NCBI RefSeq assembly: GCF_001194135.2
Contig: NC_068993.1
Span: 54,290,346-54,354,345 of the forward strand
Length of the DNA stretch: 64,000 bases
Source: Octopus bimaculoides
Taxonomy: Eukaryota
Reading direction: 5' to 3'
The translations under genes and the position numbers were made by a program. The notes beneath the pieces were generated by a model, which saw only the letters and a program-made list of their open reading frames with translations, did not search any database and was not told the DNA's origin. Shown here one piece after another: positions 12,594-25,932 of the stretch. The first letter of the stretch is position 1; each line of letters opens with the position of its first letter.

Positions 12594-13149
12594 TTGATGT
12601 TAGTGTTTAATCCTTCCTAGAATTAAGATTGAATGAATGTGGTGATATCTAAGGTATGTTTGTTCCCAAACAACATTTATTTTACTGTTGTTGATACCAC
12701 CAGATTGAATGGTACTGCCCAGGTGTTCAAACCATAATGATATCTGTTGGGCAGCTGATGTTGGAGGTATGTGGGTTTTTTGTATGGCTGTTATTGTAAC
12801 AGTTTTATAAGACACCCTTTCGATATATATAAATGCAGACATAAACATATATGAATGTGTATGTATAAATGCACAAATACAAACAGGGTGATCCTCTCAT
12901 GTACAGCTGAGGGACCATCATCTAGGTGGTTCCACATTAAATTAGAGCACCCCACAACTCCAATCACCTTTCGCTCCTGATACTGAAATCTGCTGTTCCC
13001 TAAGATATCAGTGAACATCTTCAGAGTTTGGTGGTATGAAAGTTCTCTCATGTTTCCTTGATAGTTTCTAGCATTGGTATATAAATTGTTAATGTGCTTT
13101 TCTCCAACAGTCTACTATCCAAATATCCCCACAAAATCGGAGCACTTTT

Positions 13150-13545
13150 CTGTTCTGCACTATTAATATGATTGTTTTCCTTTCTGTCTCAGCAATGGGG
13201 TACAGCTCTAGTATAGTTTTGTAGTCATTGGGGCTCACCAAACCTTACATATCCTAGAAAACACCAATGAATCATACTGATGTTGCATGTTACCTCTAAT
13301 GCTCATCACTTACTCGTACAATACCACAAATGTAATGACCATCTAACGATTGAATCTTGTACTAATATCTTCTGGTCATGACTCTTGTCTTTTATCTCTC
13401 CATATACTACAACATCAGCCTATCAACAGATATGTGGAGTCCAAGCACCACCTGTTTTCTTGACTTGTTTTTTCTTTTGGATGACTTCCTCAGGCAACAC
13501 AGAGACAGAACAATATCTTTGGTGATATACTTGTGTTATGTTATG
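13150..13545 (-). mobile_element. Possible very old Gypsy/Ty3 LTR-retrotransposon RT remnant
   Basis: Minus-strand fragments LPEEVIQKK...IC**ADVVVYGE...HDQKI and CFLGYV...EQKSA loosely echo the Gypsy PE.FQ / DD..VYG...HD / FLG motifs. Many stops. Confidence 0.25.
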
Positions 13546-14973
13546 GTTTTTCTGAGAGTTGATCCTGTCCAGTGTTTCTTACCAGCTATTATTGTGGTTT
13601 TTGTCATAAAATTTTTCTTGGCTTTATTTGTAGTATAAACACCCATTTTACAAATGTATATGATTGTCCAAGTGTCAAGTCTTTTTTTCCTGTTTTATTT
13701 ATGCTTTTAAATCTGTTAAATTTAAGGGTGAGAAACATATATATTTCTCCTACTTTAGAGAAAGCCTCTACTTCCAGCCATAGAAAATTTGCCTCAACAA
13801 ACTCCACCCAAATCATACAAGGATAGAAAAGTGATGTTGATGATGATGATTTAATGGCAAATTAAGACGGTTGAGATATGCAGCAATGCTATTAGAATTA
13901 GAATAGAATACACTCTAACACTGTTTCACCTTTTACATTTACTGTTCCATCATAAATATACATCTGATACTCAGTGTAAATTTACACTAAATTTCACTTA
14001 TTGTTCTCTAAAAGAAGATAGCTTCTAGTTAATTTCTAACACAAAACATTTAGCATCATCTTATTACAAGTTTGAATATCATCTTAAATGTTTTACATTT
14101 TATTGAGGAGATTAACATTGTAGCTACACAACCCAATTCATATCTGATCAGTTTTATGACGCGTTCAGTACTATTGTCGACCTTCTATTCATTCATCTTC
14201 ATATTTGATGAACTCATTGTGAAGCTTGCTTTTCTTCAGCTCTCAATTTTGTCTCCATAATTTTTCATTCTTTAAAAATTCTTCAATCCTTTTCTGTTTA
14301 ATAGATTTCTATCAACCACTGTATCATATTTATTTCCCAAGTGTCCTTTTTTCTTTCTTCATCAAATATTTTACATTTGTGTATTGTGTAATTATGTGTC
14401 TTCTACAAAGAAGACTATACTAGTCTCTCTCTTTCTCTTTCTCTCTCTCTCTCACTTTGTCTCTCTCATTCTTTCTTTTGAATGCACCATATTCCTCATC
14501 CATTCTGCTGCTATTGTGGTTCATTCTTCTCACCTTGCCCTCCCCTCCTCTTTCATCTTACTTCACAGTAAAATCTCAACAGAAAAATTTTGTACACATT
14601 ATGAAATGTTTTTTGCAACTGAAAAATATTTAACAACAAAACATCATCATCAATAAACAAACAAACAAATCTAGATACTGACAAAATATTTACATAAATA
14701 TTAAGTTTTTTAGCTTCAGTTTCTATAAATATACCTCAGTTAATCTAGAAGTATTTTCCCTGGTACTGACACAAATGTTTATATTTATTTTATTTATTTA
14801 CTTATTATTATTATTATTTTATTTTTTTTCAATAATCACCATGTTGTATTTGTACTGTAGCAATATTTTTAGTTGATTATTTCCTGCACGAGAACTGCAT
14901 TAGATCTAAGCATAGTGCAATGGTTTCCCTGCAGTCAGTTGTTTGCTGCTAAATAAAAGATGCTTCTCGATAG

Positions 14974-15005
<32 letters not shown>

Positions 15006-15330
15006 CCACTATGACCATCATCATCATCATCATCATCTATGAATGCTACTGTTATGCAAGCACTAAGTGACAAATCACCCAGTCTCAATTGACAGACAAT
15101 GAATCCAAAATTACCATTTCCATCCCACTGCTGTAGTTTGCCATGAGGAATGCATCATAAGGAATCCATTGCATAATGTAAAAAAGATGAAAGAACAGAC
15201 TGTAAAACAGTGCTTCTTAACCTTTTAAAGCTCATGCCATCTTTATGAAGTGCATTGCCATTCTATATAATACCATACTTCATTTTCTTATTTCTTATTT
15301 TTAAAGAAATACCATACCATACATATAATA

Positions 15331-15508
15331 ATAGTAGTGGTGGTGGTGGTGGTGGTGGTGGCAGCAGCAGTGGTGGTGGTTTTAGTAGTAGTGGTAGTGG
15401 TGGCAGTGGTGGTGGTGGTGATGGCAGCAGCAGCAGTATAAAGGTACTGGTAGTAGTAGTAGGTGGTGGTGGTGGTGGTGGTAGTAGTAGTAATAGTAGT
15501 AGTAGTGG
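15331..15508. repeat. (GGT)/(AGT)/(AGC) trinucleotide low-complexity tract
   Basis: Seen directly; it produces the spurious Gly/Ser ORF 15255-15545. Confidence 0.9.
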
Positions 15509-16390
15509 AGAGCTAATGGTAGTCTTGGTGAATTTTTCTTTTTAAATATGTTTTGTTTCTTATTTTATCAATCAATGCAAAACCACATACACACACACAC
15601 ACACACACACAAGCATATGCCCAAGAGTGGCATGCTATTGTTCTTAACCCTTTCCTATAACATTTTGTCAGCATGTTTGATGAATACTAGCTTTCCATTT
15701 GTCAAGGCAACATTGATAAACAAAACACTAGAAAATAAGCCGTTGAACCTTGTCTGTGTTTTTGCATTATGAAATTCATCATCTTCATCATTATTATTAT
15801 TATTATTATTATTAATATCCTACATATTTTTAAGTCAGCAAGCTGGCAGAATTATTAGTACGCTGGGCAAATTTGCTTAGTGGCATTTCGATCATCTTTA
15901 CATTGAGTCTGGATTCTGCTGAGATTTACTTTGTATAACACTCAGCAAGCTCATAGAACACTGTGCTCTTCTTCATCTCAGTGACATGCACTCCTTTGAG
16001 TTTATTTTGTAACATTCACCTCTTCTGTGTGTATTGTATTTTTGATGTGGAAATTGAAACCTTGTGTCATATTTACCATTTATAATGGTTTGTATAGCTT
16101 ATCACAACTTCAATGATTTATTGACCAATATAGAATATAAATATTCTGGTTATTCTGCAGTTTTGTTTATCATTTATTGAATTTTCAATTCTCTTCACTT
16201 TGTGAAAATTGTAATTTAATTATCAGAAGTTTAATTATCAATTAAGTACATTGTTCAACAAAATGTTCCTTTTTCTATATAAGTGGCAGATAATACAATA
16301 TAAGATGTATGATATTGTATTGTAGTGAAGATAGAGGACTATGTCTAGTATTGTCGTTTAGTTCTGACTAAGCAAAGCCTATGATGAAAA

Positions 16391-17931
16391 TCATCATCAT
16401 CATCATCATCATCGTTTAATGTCTGCTTTCCATGCTAGCATGGGTTGGACGATTTGACTGAGGACTGGTGAAACCAGATGGCAACACCAGGCTCCAATCT
16501 AATTTGGCAGAGTTTCTACAGCTGGATGCCCTTCCTGACGCCAACCACTCAGAGAGTGGAGTGGGTGCTTTTACGTGTCACCCGCACGAAAACGGCCACG
16601 CTCGAAATGGTGTCTTTTATGTGCCACCCGCACAAGCCAGTCCAGGGGCACTGGCAACGATCTCACTCGAAAATCCTACGGGNNNNNNNNNNNNNNNNNN
16701 NNNNNNNNNNNNNNNNNNNNNNNNNNNNNNNNNNNNNNNNNNNNNNNNNNNNNNNNNNNNNNNNNNNNNNNNNNNNNNNNNNNNNNNNNNNNNNNNNNNN
16801 NNNNNNNNNNNNNNNNNNNNNNNNNNNNNNNNNNNNNNNNNNNNNNNNNNNNNNNNNNNNNNNNNNNNNNNNNNNNNNNNNNNNNNNNNNNNNNNNNNNN
16901 NNNNNNNNNNNNNNNNNNNNNNNNNNNNNNNNNNNNNNNNNNNNNNNNNNNNNNNNNNNNNNNNNNNNNNNNNNNNNNNNNNNNNNNNNNNNNNNNNNNN
17001 NNNNNNNNNNNNNNNNNNNNNNNNNNNNNNNNNNNNNNNNNNNNNNNNNNNNNNNNNNNNNNNNNNNNNNNNNNNNNNNNNNNNNNNNNNNNNNNNNNNN
17101 NNNNNNNNNNNNNNNNNNNNNNNNNNNNNNNNNNNNNNNNNNNNNNNNNNNNNNNNNNNNNNNNNNNNNNNNNNNNNNNNNNNNNNNNNNNNNNNNNNNN
17201 NNNNNNNNNNNNNNNNNNNNNNNNNNNNNNNNNNNNNNNNNNNNNNNNNNNNNNNNNNNNNNNNNNNNNNNNNNNNNNNNNNNNNNNNNNNNNNNNNNNN
17301 NNNNNNNNNNNNNNNNNNNNNNNNNNNNNNNNNNNNNNNNNNNNNNNNNNNNNNNNNNNNNNNNNNNNNNNNNNNNNNNNNNNNNNNNNNNNNNNNNNNN
17401 NNNNNNNNNNNNNNNNNNNNNNNNNNNNNNNNNNNNNNNNNNNNNNNNNNNNNNNNNNNNNNNNNNNNNNNNNNNNNNNNNNNNNNNNNNNNNNNNNNNN
17501 NNNNNNNNNNNNNNNNNNNNNNNNNNNNNNNNNNNNNNNNNNNNNNNNNNNNNNNNNNNNNNNNNNNNNNNNNNNNNNNNNNNNNNNNNNNNNNNNNNNN
17601 NGTTACTACCTACTCCTTTTCTACATACTGAGCAGGGCCATCTACCTGAAGGGGTTTGTGTTTTATCTACCTTCCTACTTATTAGGATTTTGGTTTTAGC
17701 TGGGTTGACTCTAAGGCCCTTCAATTCTAGACCTTGCTTCCACACCTGAAACTTCTCTAGTTCTGATAGTGACTCCGCAATTAGGGCAAGGTCATCAGCA
17801 TAGAGGAGCTCCCAGGGGCAACCTGTCTTGAACTCCTCTGTGATTGCCTGGAGGACTATGATAAATAAGAGGGGGCTGAGGACGGAACCTTGGTGGACCC
17901 CTACCTCTACCCGGAATTCATTGTTGTACTC
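16391..17931 (-). mobile_element. 5'-truncated RTE-clade LINE (RT C-terminal region to 3' UTR and tail), interrupted by the gap N 16683-17601
   Basis: The uninterrupted frame 17931->17602 reads EYNNEFRVEVGVHQGSVLSPLLFIIVLQAITEEFKTGCPWELLYADDLALIAESLSELEKFQVWKQGLELKGLRVNPAKTKILIS...GRWPCSVCRKGVGSN, with RT motifs QGSVLSP and YADD. The 3' end has the ccatgctagcatgg hairpin and a (TGA)n tail at 16391-16440. Confidence 0.92.
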
Positions 17932-20900
17932 AAGCCATATTCACTGTCTTTTTCTCAGACATTACATATCAAGGACTATTTTATCCAACATGTCCCCTCT
18001 CTTTACAAGATGGCAGGGTGTCATTTGAGGGAGATTTGACTGATATTTCCAGCAGGTTGATGAAAGACCCACACACAGGCTATTTCATTAATAATAGGTC
18101 GAAGAAAGATGTATGTTATTGTATAACAGTGAGTATGGAACTATCTTCCTCAAAGTTTAGTCTTTGTTGTGGCTTGAGGTGCCTCAGTGACTCTGAGAGA
18201 TAAGACACCAGAACGTAAGCTCCTGGCAGAGCCTTTCATGCTGGATTGGTCAAAGGGTAGAGGCCAGACTAATATGGACCAGAGGTAAAAATGGGTTTGT
18301 GTAGGGCCAACAGCCCTACCTAGAAGGAAAAAAATCAAAGTTACAGAAGCATTGATGACAATTCAAAACCAACAAGACTTGGGAGAGGAAAAAAATTATT
18401 GAGCGGAGAAAAATTATTGATGTCCTATGCTCCATATGGAGCATAGGGGTTGGGGCTGCATTAGGCATAAAGCAAACTAAGCATGTGTGAAGCATGTATT
18501 TAGGGAGGCACCAGAGAAATGGTAAATGACTTATGGCACAAAAGAAATCACTTTAAACTTGCTAAAATGATATTCCAAATGGTTTATATGGGTGGGAATA
18601 TAATTTTGAAGTGTTCATGGTGTCATAGATCTGATCAAAGACTTTGCAATTAAAAAAGTAGAAAACTTTTCAAATATAAATAAAATGGAAGAATACAAAA
18701 GTAAACATTAATTTTCATCTTAATGTTGGTTTTATTTCATTTTGAAAAATTAAAATTTATCTTATAGTTTATTACTGCTTATATTTTGAATTACATATAT
18801 ATGGTGGCACCAAAATCTTTGAAGTGCTCAGGGCCTCTATTGGTCTTAATCTGGCCCTGATAGGGATCAAGTAAGTAAGAATCTGTAAGGATAAGGGCTA
18901 ATAAAGTATTAAGTTGGAAAAGGGTTGAATACAAGTGATTTCACAAAGTAAACTGTTAGCAAAAGCACAAAAGCATATTGTGACTGATGTATACAGAGGA
19001 GATAAATAGAATGTGATGTGAATGGATTATTTGTAGTGGGTGAAAAAGCACTGAGTTGGTAAAGGAAGGTTGAGGTAGAACATAGAAGAAGGCTTGGGAC
19101 AATTTAGGTCAGGCCAGAAAATATTGAGTGTTACAGATGAGATGTCATAGGAGTGAGTGACATCCAGATATTCTGTATCAAAGACATATTCAACTTATGA
19201 TATCAGGATGGAAATAGTCATTAAAATGATTTTGATGATGGTGATAATGATGTTGGTGGTGATTGTCACAAACCATTTTAACATGTTAAAGCTAGGAGTA
19301 TATTTATCAATCTGTTTATAACACTGGGATTTTTAACATCATTATATCACTACTCAATGTTTTTATTGGTTTTTTTTTCCTTCTTCACACAATAAAGACT
19401 GAAAGAGGTGTGAAAGGGGTGGTGGTAGGAAGATATAGGTAGGCAAGTTAGATATGTGGAAAAAGGAAAGCAAGCTACACATTGCACTTAAGTCTTACAA
19501 TGAAACTATTAACTGCTATATTGCCACTGGTGGCCTTGTTACACACACACACATACACACGCACATGCACACACACATTCATACACATACATGTACACAC
19601 ATTGGTCTCCATTTACTCCTGTCTTACTTTCTGACAGCAGTAACTGTTATAATACACACATATCCAGCCAAAAATCTATAAAGGGTGGTGGATAGTAAGA
19701 AGATAGTGAGAGGTGATATAGTGGTGAAATACCAGATTGCACTAGCTTGTATGCACAGCTAACAGCTTTATAATAGGGCTAATACAGTCGGAACCATCTA
19801 GAATCAAATGATACAATTCTTCTATTAACCAATACAACTTCGCTGAAAACCCATCAAGGAGTAAAATACAAAATATTTAATTAATAAATGGAATATCACA
19901 CAACGAAGTAAATGACTCTCAATTTATACTTTCAAACTAAATTTATTTTTCTGTTTCTTAATCATTTTTTGTTCACACATTCACTTAAATTTTTTTTTTC
20001 AGTGCTACGCACTGCACATCTTTTAACAGTGTGTAATAGTATGCAAGTATGGAGAGGGCGAGAAAAGACAGTGGATGTTGGAATATGGAAGTGTGTGTGT
20101 GTACATGTGTGTGAGTGTGTGTATTTGCAGCCATGTTTCTATGCGCGCGCGTGTGTGTGTGTGTGTATACATGTGTGAGTGTGTGTGTGTGCATGCATGT
20201 TTGTGTGTGTGTAGAGAGAGAGAGAGAGGAGGAGAGATAGGAAGGGAGGATGTAGCATATGAAAGTATATGTGAGTATATAAGAGAGAGAGAGAGTAGCT
20301 GTGTGTGTGTGGAAACAGTGTATCTATGGATGAGAGTTTGTGTTGTCAGATGAAACCAAATAGCTTCTTGCTACTGCTAACCATGTATTCTTTACTCTCA
20401 GCCCTTAAGTCCATCCATCATTAAAACAGGCTAGCTGAAGAAGACAGCAAGAATATAAATAAAACCTAGATAATAAAATGGATGAACTCGCTGCGGGTCA
20501 TCTAATTGAACTTGCTTTGGTCAGTAACTAGTGGCATGAGTGCATCAGTTGCTGTATTTGCTACCTTACAGGTAATAAAAGATAAAATCAGAAACTGACA
20601 TGGTGAGTGGAAAATGTCTGGCAGAGTGAGAATGAATGGGTGGCCTATAACTTCCGTAGCTGTGAGGGGACGTTAATTATCCTAGAACCTGTCTTTGACA
20701 TCATACTCTGTCCATCCGCAAAGTATGTGAAATTGGTGTGGATGTGTGTTCATCAATTTTGCTATTTTGAATAATTGACAGTGTGCAGATTTTTGCTATT
20801 GATTGATTGATACACTCTTGTTCTTTCCAATACCATTAATTAATTTGAATGGAGACAGGCCTACATGCTGAATACACACAAAATCAGCTTAAAGGTATTT

Positions 20901-21775
20901 ATGACAATCAACTCAACTGTTGGAACTTGAGTATCAGCAACATTTGTCTTACTCATGTATGACTGAACACACACCTTTTGTTTCATCTCATTTTATTATT
21001 ATTATTATTATTATTAATCAGTACTATCACCTCAATTGAAAAATATAGGGAAAATAACCTAAACATTACCAGACATTACCAAGAGGTTGCTGAACCTAAT
21101 GAAACATTCTAATAGCAGTTAAACATTCCTGAAAATATTCAAGATGGAATGTGAGGACAGACATCAACTGAAATCTAGACTAAAGACAAGAACCCAGTAG
21201 AATCACTTGGAGAACTACATCTCTTAAAATCATGGCTTATTCAATGATCTTTCAATAAGGTTATATCTTTTCTGTCAGGCTTATACTCTGCCACCACAGA
21301 ATATCTGCATGATGCAGACATTAGAGCAGAAATGCTGGTCTGCTACACATGTCTGTATACACCTGTTCTAGAAGAAATAGATCATTAGCATTTATCAATT
21401 GGAATATGCATTTGCTTCAGGTAAAATCAGACAAATATCCTCTTTTATCATCAGTGTTTGAAATTCATCAGCAGTTCTGGTATCACCTTCCTCCAGAAGG
21501 TCTTTTAACCATGATTTTGGAAAGCCTACGGTTCATCCTTCCATGGGTGAGTTCCTAGTTAATGACTTGGCCCCTGGGCAAATTTGTGTGTTACAAGTAG
21601 TGACTGGCAAATCGCTGCCATCTTCTTTCTGTTGTTAGTCAACTAGGAGAGGCTCCCATGGAATTGCACATTGATTAAATTTTGTATTCAGCTGATGTTG
21701 AAAATCATCAATAGTGTCTGAGTGCAGCAGGTATTGAAGCACCTAACCATGGGCCTAGTGAGGATCCAAAATATA

Positions 21776-21804
21776 CAGAGGTTGGACAAAATAATGGAAA
21801 CACC
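21776..21804 (+). mobile_element. Tc1-like terminal inverted repeat (solo; no partner found)
   Basis: TA|CAGAGGTTGGACAAAATAATGGAAACACC has the form of a Tc1-family TIR next to a TA target site. Confidence 0.45.
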
Positions 21805-23633
21805 TAGCATCATAGCATCATAATTTGAATGCAATAGTGAATGAAGTCCTCTGAAATCTAAATTAAAATTGTATAAAGAATGGAGTTACTGATGATAGGA
21901 ATGTAAATAGTTTAAAGCCATTGAGTTTCCATACTGAGATCAAACATAGTCACCAATGCTTGAGCTGTGTATACTTATCATCTGATGTCTGGTCATGAGA
22001 AAAACTGCACTACACACTAAATGAGCACGGTCACTCTAAGAGTGAGAATTAAATTAGTTCCTTGTCAATGGCTACGTGATTCTTATGCAGGAGTTTTATG
22101 GGTTTTTAGCCATATCTAATTTACCACTTTACAGATCAAGTAAATATAAAAATTCACAGATCAGTTCTACTGAATAGAACATGGAAATTATATTAAGTAC
22201 GACTCTTTCATCTTTGTGATATGTCCTTTTAACCGCCATTTATTCTCTTGTGTTCACCATAATTACCTTATAACAGTGTAATGGTTGGCTTTTTGTATAG
22301 ACACATTCTATTTTTGTCACCTGGAGCAGCTCTTGAATGTCTTGAAAGTGAACGGATAGGTCCATGTATCACATTCTGAGATCATGCAAAGAACTCCCAA
22401 CGGGCATATTGAATAGAATCCTGTCATCATCAACAGAGATAGTTTGTTCATGTCGTTATAAACAAGCATCTGCTACAGCTGTGATGACTAAGTCATGTCG
22501 TTAACCAAACATATACCACAACTGTGATGGTTTGCTCAGACAGCGTAACTTCACCGCTAAAGATACACAATACTTTATATCTATCAGGCAGATAGAAGTA
22601 ACAGACAGGCGAAAATCCTTATTAAAGAACCAACTCCACTCTCATTGCAGTTGCCGTGATGGTTTGTTAGAACAGGGAGTGGGGTAATGATGCTAGTCTT
22701 TTTCTTGCTGTAAAGAACGATTGCTATGGTACAAGTAAATGACGGAACTAGGTGAGAATGGAAAACTACATATTCCAGTTAAAATCGGAAATTTTATTGT
22801 TTGAATATGAAAGTATTACAGCAGCCAAGGCTAGCAAATTAGAGATATAATCCTTTTTGTTCAATGTAATATCTGAGTTTTCGCTTAATTGAATTCTGCT
22901 TAGAGAAGAGATATTGGAGAACTGGAGGTAATGTTTAGTTATTTCTCCATTCCATTATACATCTTGGATTTATCAATTATTAAAATGGTTTTCGCCATCT
23001 TGATCAAAACCAATAAGTCACAGAAATTTAACTACAAAATAAAAAGCTTGAAAAAGATAATTGTATCTTCTGTAGAATTCAATTATTTCCAAGCTATACG
23101 AGGCGAAAATACAATTAAAAAAAAATATATATATATCCCCATGTAGTAAGTTGTTTCGAGAAAAATAAATCATTCCTAGTTAATTTGTGCCACCCATGTC
23201 TTCCCGAGCACACGAAGTGCGTGCCATTAGCAAGGGAGCTAACTTAGCTGTATCTACTTAACATGTCTTGATTTAAAATATAATCAAACTAACACAGACA
23301 TAGTTGTGTGTTTGCTTATGTAAAAAGTAACTCATTTTGATATATTTTTGTTCGATAAATATAAAGAGATTGCAAAGGAAATCAGAAACATCCATTATGT
23401 GAAGTCAGCAGTGTTGTTAGTAAGGGAAAAGAAAGTAGGAAGTGCTATGTAATAAGAGCTGCTTGCTGGCTGATGTAATGATGAGACACTTAGCGGGACT
23501 GGGAAATATACACATACGTACACAGACTCTCTCACACACACAGCAAGACACTAGCAGGAAGATCGCAACAGCTTCTGTGAGTGCACAGAAAGTGTGCGTG
23601 TGTGCATGTACTTTTATTTCTGAGGAAAATTAC

Positions 23634-23690
<57 letters not shown>

Positions 23691-24615
23691 ACATATATAT
23701 ATATACATAGAGAGCACGAGAGACTGTATCTATAGATAAGTCGCGCGCTTAGAAGCATGAGCTACGAGTGTGTATTATACACACACACATATATATATAT
23801 ATATTGTTTTAAGAATGGTTGTAACAGAATTAAGTTACTGATAGCAGGAATGCAAATAGCCAGAAATTATCACACATACATGCACACTCGCGCGCGCGCA
23901 CACACACACACACACACAGTATTACTGATTTCCATTCGTAGATCAAGCACACATAAGTTACTGATATAGACCGACACATATGCATACATGAATACAAACA
24001 ATGATATTTTATGTGTGAGTGAGAGACGTACAAAGCGTATGGATGGGAACCGCACAGTGATTTATGAGAAAGGTGAGATGTCAGCCAGGAAACGGCGACA
24101 GGCTCGGAATATTTGAAGTTCTAAACAGCTGAATTTGTGAACCCTTCTAAAATGGAAATTAGGTCGATGGAAAGGGTGAGGTGTGATTATTTCAGGGGTC
24201 AATGTTGGCAAACTACCAGAAGCGGCTTCTAACAATATTTTCGCAGATATATGATGTCTGTGCACGAACATTTGCCGGCAAGTGTTAGCTAGCGACAAAT
24301 GTAAATTAATTGCATTAGAAAGTGAATGAAAATGTAGAGTGAGTTGGGAGAGAGGTGAGTGTATGGTTGTATGTCAGTTTGCGTTGTTCACATAATGGAA
24401 ACTAGTCTTGCAATCAGCACGAGAGTATTAAATAGGAGTGAAATCATTTCTCTGAAGGTTCACTGAATATATTTAGCTAAACACAATTAACGATGTTATC
24501 TTTCCTCGTGCTATTTATAATTTAGACAATATACTCTAGCAATAGTCATTTGAATATATCGGCCGAGTTTTTTTCATTTTAACAAGTAATGCTTGATCGA
24601 TGTCAAATGATATAA

Positions 24616-24618
<3 letters not shown>

Positions 24619-24692
<74 letters not shown>
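24619..24692. repeat. (TA)n microsatellite
   Basis: Pure TA run. Confidence 0.97.
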
Positions 24693-24694
<2 letters not shown>

Positions 24695-24869
24695 CAATGT
24701 TAATTCTCTAAATGAAGTATTAACAGTAACTGCACGATAAAGTGTAGTATATTGCCACTTAAGTGTGGCTGACCCCTAGGGGTGGATGTTACTGTTGCTT
24801 TTAGCCCCAGGAGGACATCTCCTATCCTGCACACACACACACACACACTTCATGGAAGTAAAATAGACA

Positions 24870-25100
24870 TGCCAGTAAGACAGAACATGTCTTGTTTCAA
24901 ACATGGGACTGCGGCAATGCTGGGGCACTGCTCTGAAAGGTTCAGTCGAACAAATCGACCCCAGCGCTTACTTTTAGCCTAGTACTCATTCTGTCGGCCT
25001 CTTTGCCGAACCGCTAAGTTGCGGGTACGTAAACAAAGCAACACCTTTGTCAAGCAGTGATGGGAGACAAACAGAAACGCGCGCACACACACACACACAC
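24870..25100 (-). mobile_element. SINE family B, 3' half
   Basis: gactgcggcaatgctgggg...aaatcgacccc...tttgccgaaccgctaagttgcgggtacgtaaac is the reverse complement of 32850-33000. Confidence 0.8.
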
Positions 25101-25794
25101 ACAGGGCCTATTTCAGTTTTCGTTTATCCAATCCGAATTTAGGTAAAAATGGCACAAATGAAAAAATAGGTAAAAATGTCGCAATAAGCTTGATTTTCCC
25201 CAGAACTTTGGAACGTACATTGGGACAGCTTGATGAACTTTGGAACGTACATGAAGCTGTCCCAATGACTCCTAATATAATAAATGCGAACACTAATTTC
25301 TGTGTGTCAGTGTGTCACACTTGGATCTCCTCTCTCACTATTCAATTACACTTCTACTATTCCTTGTGCTGGAGTGAGAGTAATAGTAGGCATAGAGACG
25401 GGCGGTGGGGGCAGTAGCGAAGACACAGCGAGAGAGAGAGAGAAAGAGAGACAAAGAAATTTAGGGAGAGTTGATGTTTTATTAAAAGTGGTAGTGTTGA
25501 TGGTGGCAGTGGGAGTAATAATAAGCGAGAGAAAGAATGGGTATATGAGAGAAAGAGGGAGATGATGTACAACTTGCTTAACCATGTCTCTTTGACAGAA
25601 ATTCCTGTGGCCAACATACTGAACACTCATGTTTTGCTTCCTTTAATACATACATACACACACACACACACATATATATACATACACACATAAAATACAC
25701 TTTAATTGAAATAAAGTTTCCCCAAAATTAAACATATCTAATATAATAAATGTGAATGTCAGTGTGTCACACTTTTTCAACTTTAATAAATCCT

Positions 25795-25932
25795 TTCTAC
25801 TGGAAGCACAAAGCCTCAAATTTGGTGGGAATGGATTAAGTCGATTACATTGACCCCATTAAGTATGAAAGGCAAAGTCGACCTCGGTGGAATTCGAACT
25901 CAAAACCTAATGGCAGACGAAATACTGCTAGT
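25795..25932 (-). mobile_element. SINE family A
   Basis: aagtcgattacattgacccc...gaaaggcaaagtcgacctcggtggaattcgaactc. Confidence 0.8.

Noticed and set aside
15255-15545. Gly/Ser-rich ORF resembling a structural protein
   Set aside because: Translation of a GGT/AGT microsatellite with no splice or homology support.
16468-17749. Plus-strand ORFs spanning the gap
   Set aside because: Antisense to the RTE LINE and open only because of Ns; only the minus frame is meaningful.
20572-20602. 31-nt segment between an acceptor-like ccttacag and a gtgagt donor
   Set aside because: Stops in all three frames and no partner exons; at most a non-coding exon, and unsupported.
22100-22740. Complex sequence suspected of being a transposase or exon
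   Set aside because: The frames I translated gave no recognisable motif and frequent stops.
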